DNA of 64,000 bases from Phoronis australis (lineage: Eukaryota; Animalia; Phoronida). A program made the position numbers and the translations under genes. The notes under the pieces were generated by a model. It did not search any database. It had not been told where the DNA came from and worked only from the letters and a program-made list of their open reading frames with translations. Of this stretch, positions 62,841 to 64,000 are shown in pieces. Position 1 is the stretch's first letter, and each line of letters begins with the position of its first letter. Location: assembly GCA_002633005.1 (NCBI GenBank), contig NMRA01000011.1, positions 1,193,513 to 1,257,512 on the forward strand. Direction: 5' to 3'.

Positions 62841-64000
62841 TCTGATTGGTTAGGACGTTCGATTGGCAGTCCTTAACGAATCAAGATGCAGACATTCACA
62901 AAAATGAAAACATACAAACTCTAGAAACTATTTATCTCAGAATTGTAATCATTTCACAACAATCAAAATCAGACTCATATTTCTTACCAGGATAGAATTC
63001 AGTTTCCAATACCAATAACAACATTGAAACCACCAGCAACTCAAGAATAAATCGGGTCTAGCCAACCCCTAAATGGTGCATGTATGCATTAACTTTGATT
63101 TGAGTTGATAACCTATTAAACAGTTTCTTTGAGCCAAACTTAAGTTGAATGAACTGCAAGAAAAGTTCACCAAGATTTAATGAAACAACACTTGTAAGTA
63201 AACAAGACCTGGAACACAGCTATCGGAGCAAACAAAAGGGAAACAAATTAAGACTGCAACTTAAAAAGATCAGGGGTTCCAATCTTGGCTTTGAATGCCA
63301 ATGCTACAATAGATGATGAGATGTAACACCGTCTGTAGTATAACTAATGAGAACCAGCCAAGACACAGGACAGACTGCAGTTTTGGATGACAGATCAACT
63401 TGTTATTGATGATGAGTGGGGAACAATTGGACACTCAGACAATGTCAAATGGATTCAAGAGGTAAAATTGGAGAATAATTAAAGAATGTGGCGATGGAAA
63501 ATTAATGGAAGAGAGTATAAGTAAGGCAGTAGTAAAGGGGATGTGAGACCAAGATTGTTGGATAGGGAACATGGATAATGTAAACAAATGGGACATCCGA
63601 GTTAATTATGGCAGATGAGAAATGCCTATTGTCTTTCCAAGATGTCCTGGTCGCTTTTTGAAACATGGTGAAACCATCAGAGCCAGTTTGATTCCATGTT
63701 ATGTCGCGACGCAACAACGCTTGCATTCTTTGAGGTGTGAAAAATGTGTAACCGCAGAACGCAACCCGTGTAACTCTCAATGCGGCGGCTTTGAAAATAA
63801 TCGTTTAAAACCTCATTGAAAAAACATCACACGTGCAGAATGGTGCGCTGGTTGTAAGGGAGTAGTTTTTGATCTACTTAAGAAGTAATTAGTGAAGACG
63901 AAGTCCGCATTTGATACAGAGGCTTGATATCATCAACGGTTTCATTTCAATTTCCCATGGAGTTCTCAAAAGAGATTGTTATATCCTGATCTTGTTTATT

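Noticed and set aside
256-64000. The many other 60-120 aa ORFs in the track
   Set aside because: Mostly non-ATG starts, no homology recognised and no splice-consistent structure; expected by chance in intronic and intergenic DNA.

Overview
Eukaryotic (invertebrate animal, plausibly a marine bilaterian) genomic DNA, AT-rich and intron-rich. It holds one complete netrin-1/UNC-6-family gene on the + strand (ATG 15995, stop 46982; about 609 aa with a single LE2 exon) and the last two coding exons of a convergent syntaxin-8 gene on the - strand (61475-61576, 59301-59365), the same tail-to-tail arrangement as human NTN1-STX8. The most striking feature is a tandem duplication of the 189-nt exon encoding the second laminin-EGF (V-2/LE2) domain. 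The two intact, divergent copies are separated by a 48-nt in-frame intron, which is the architecture of mutually exclusive exons. Only one copy keeps the RRxR arginine cluster implicated in UNC5/heparan-sulfate binding. Other features: non-autonomous DNA transposons (PIF/Harbinger-, Tc1/mariner- and P-like), a DINE-1/HINE-like element with an array of CTCF-like motifs between the two genes, and two single-N assembly joins that create false duplications, one of them of the last netrin exon. All calls were made by eye; comparisons with human proteins are from memory and need alignment.
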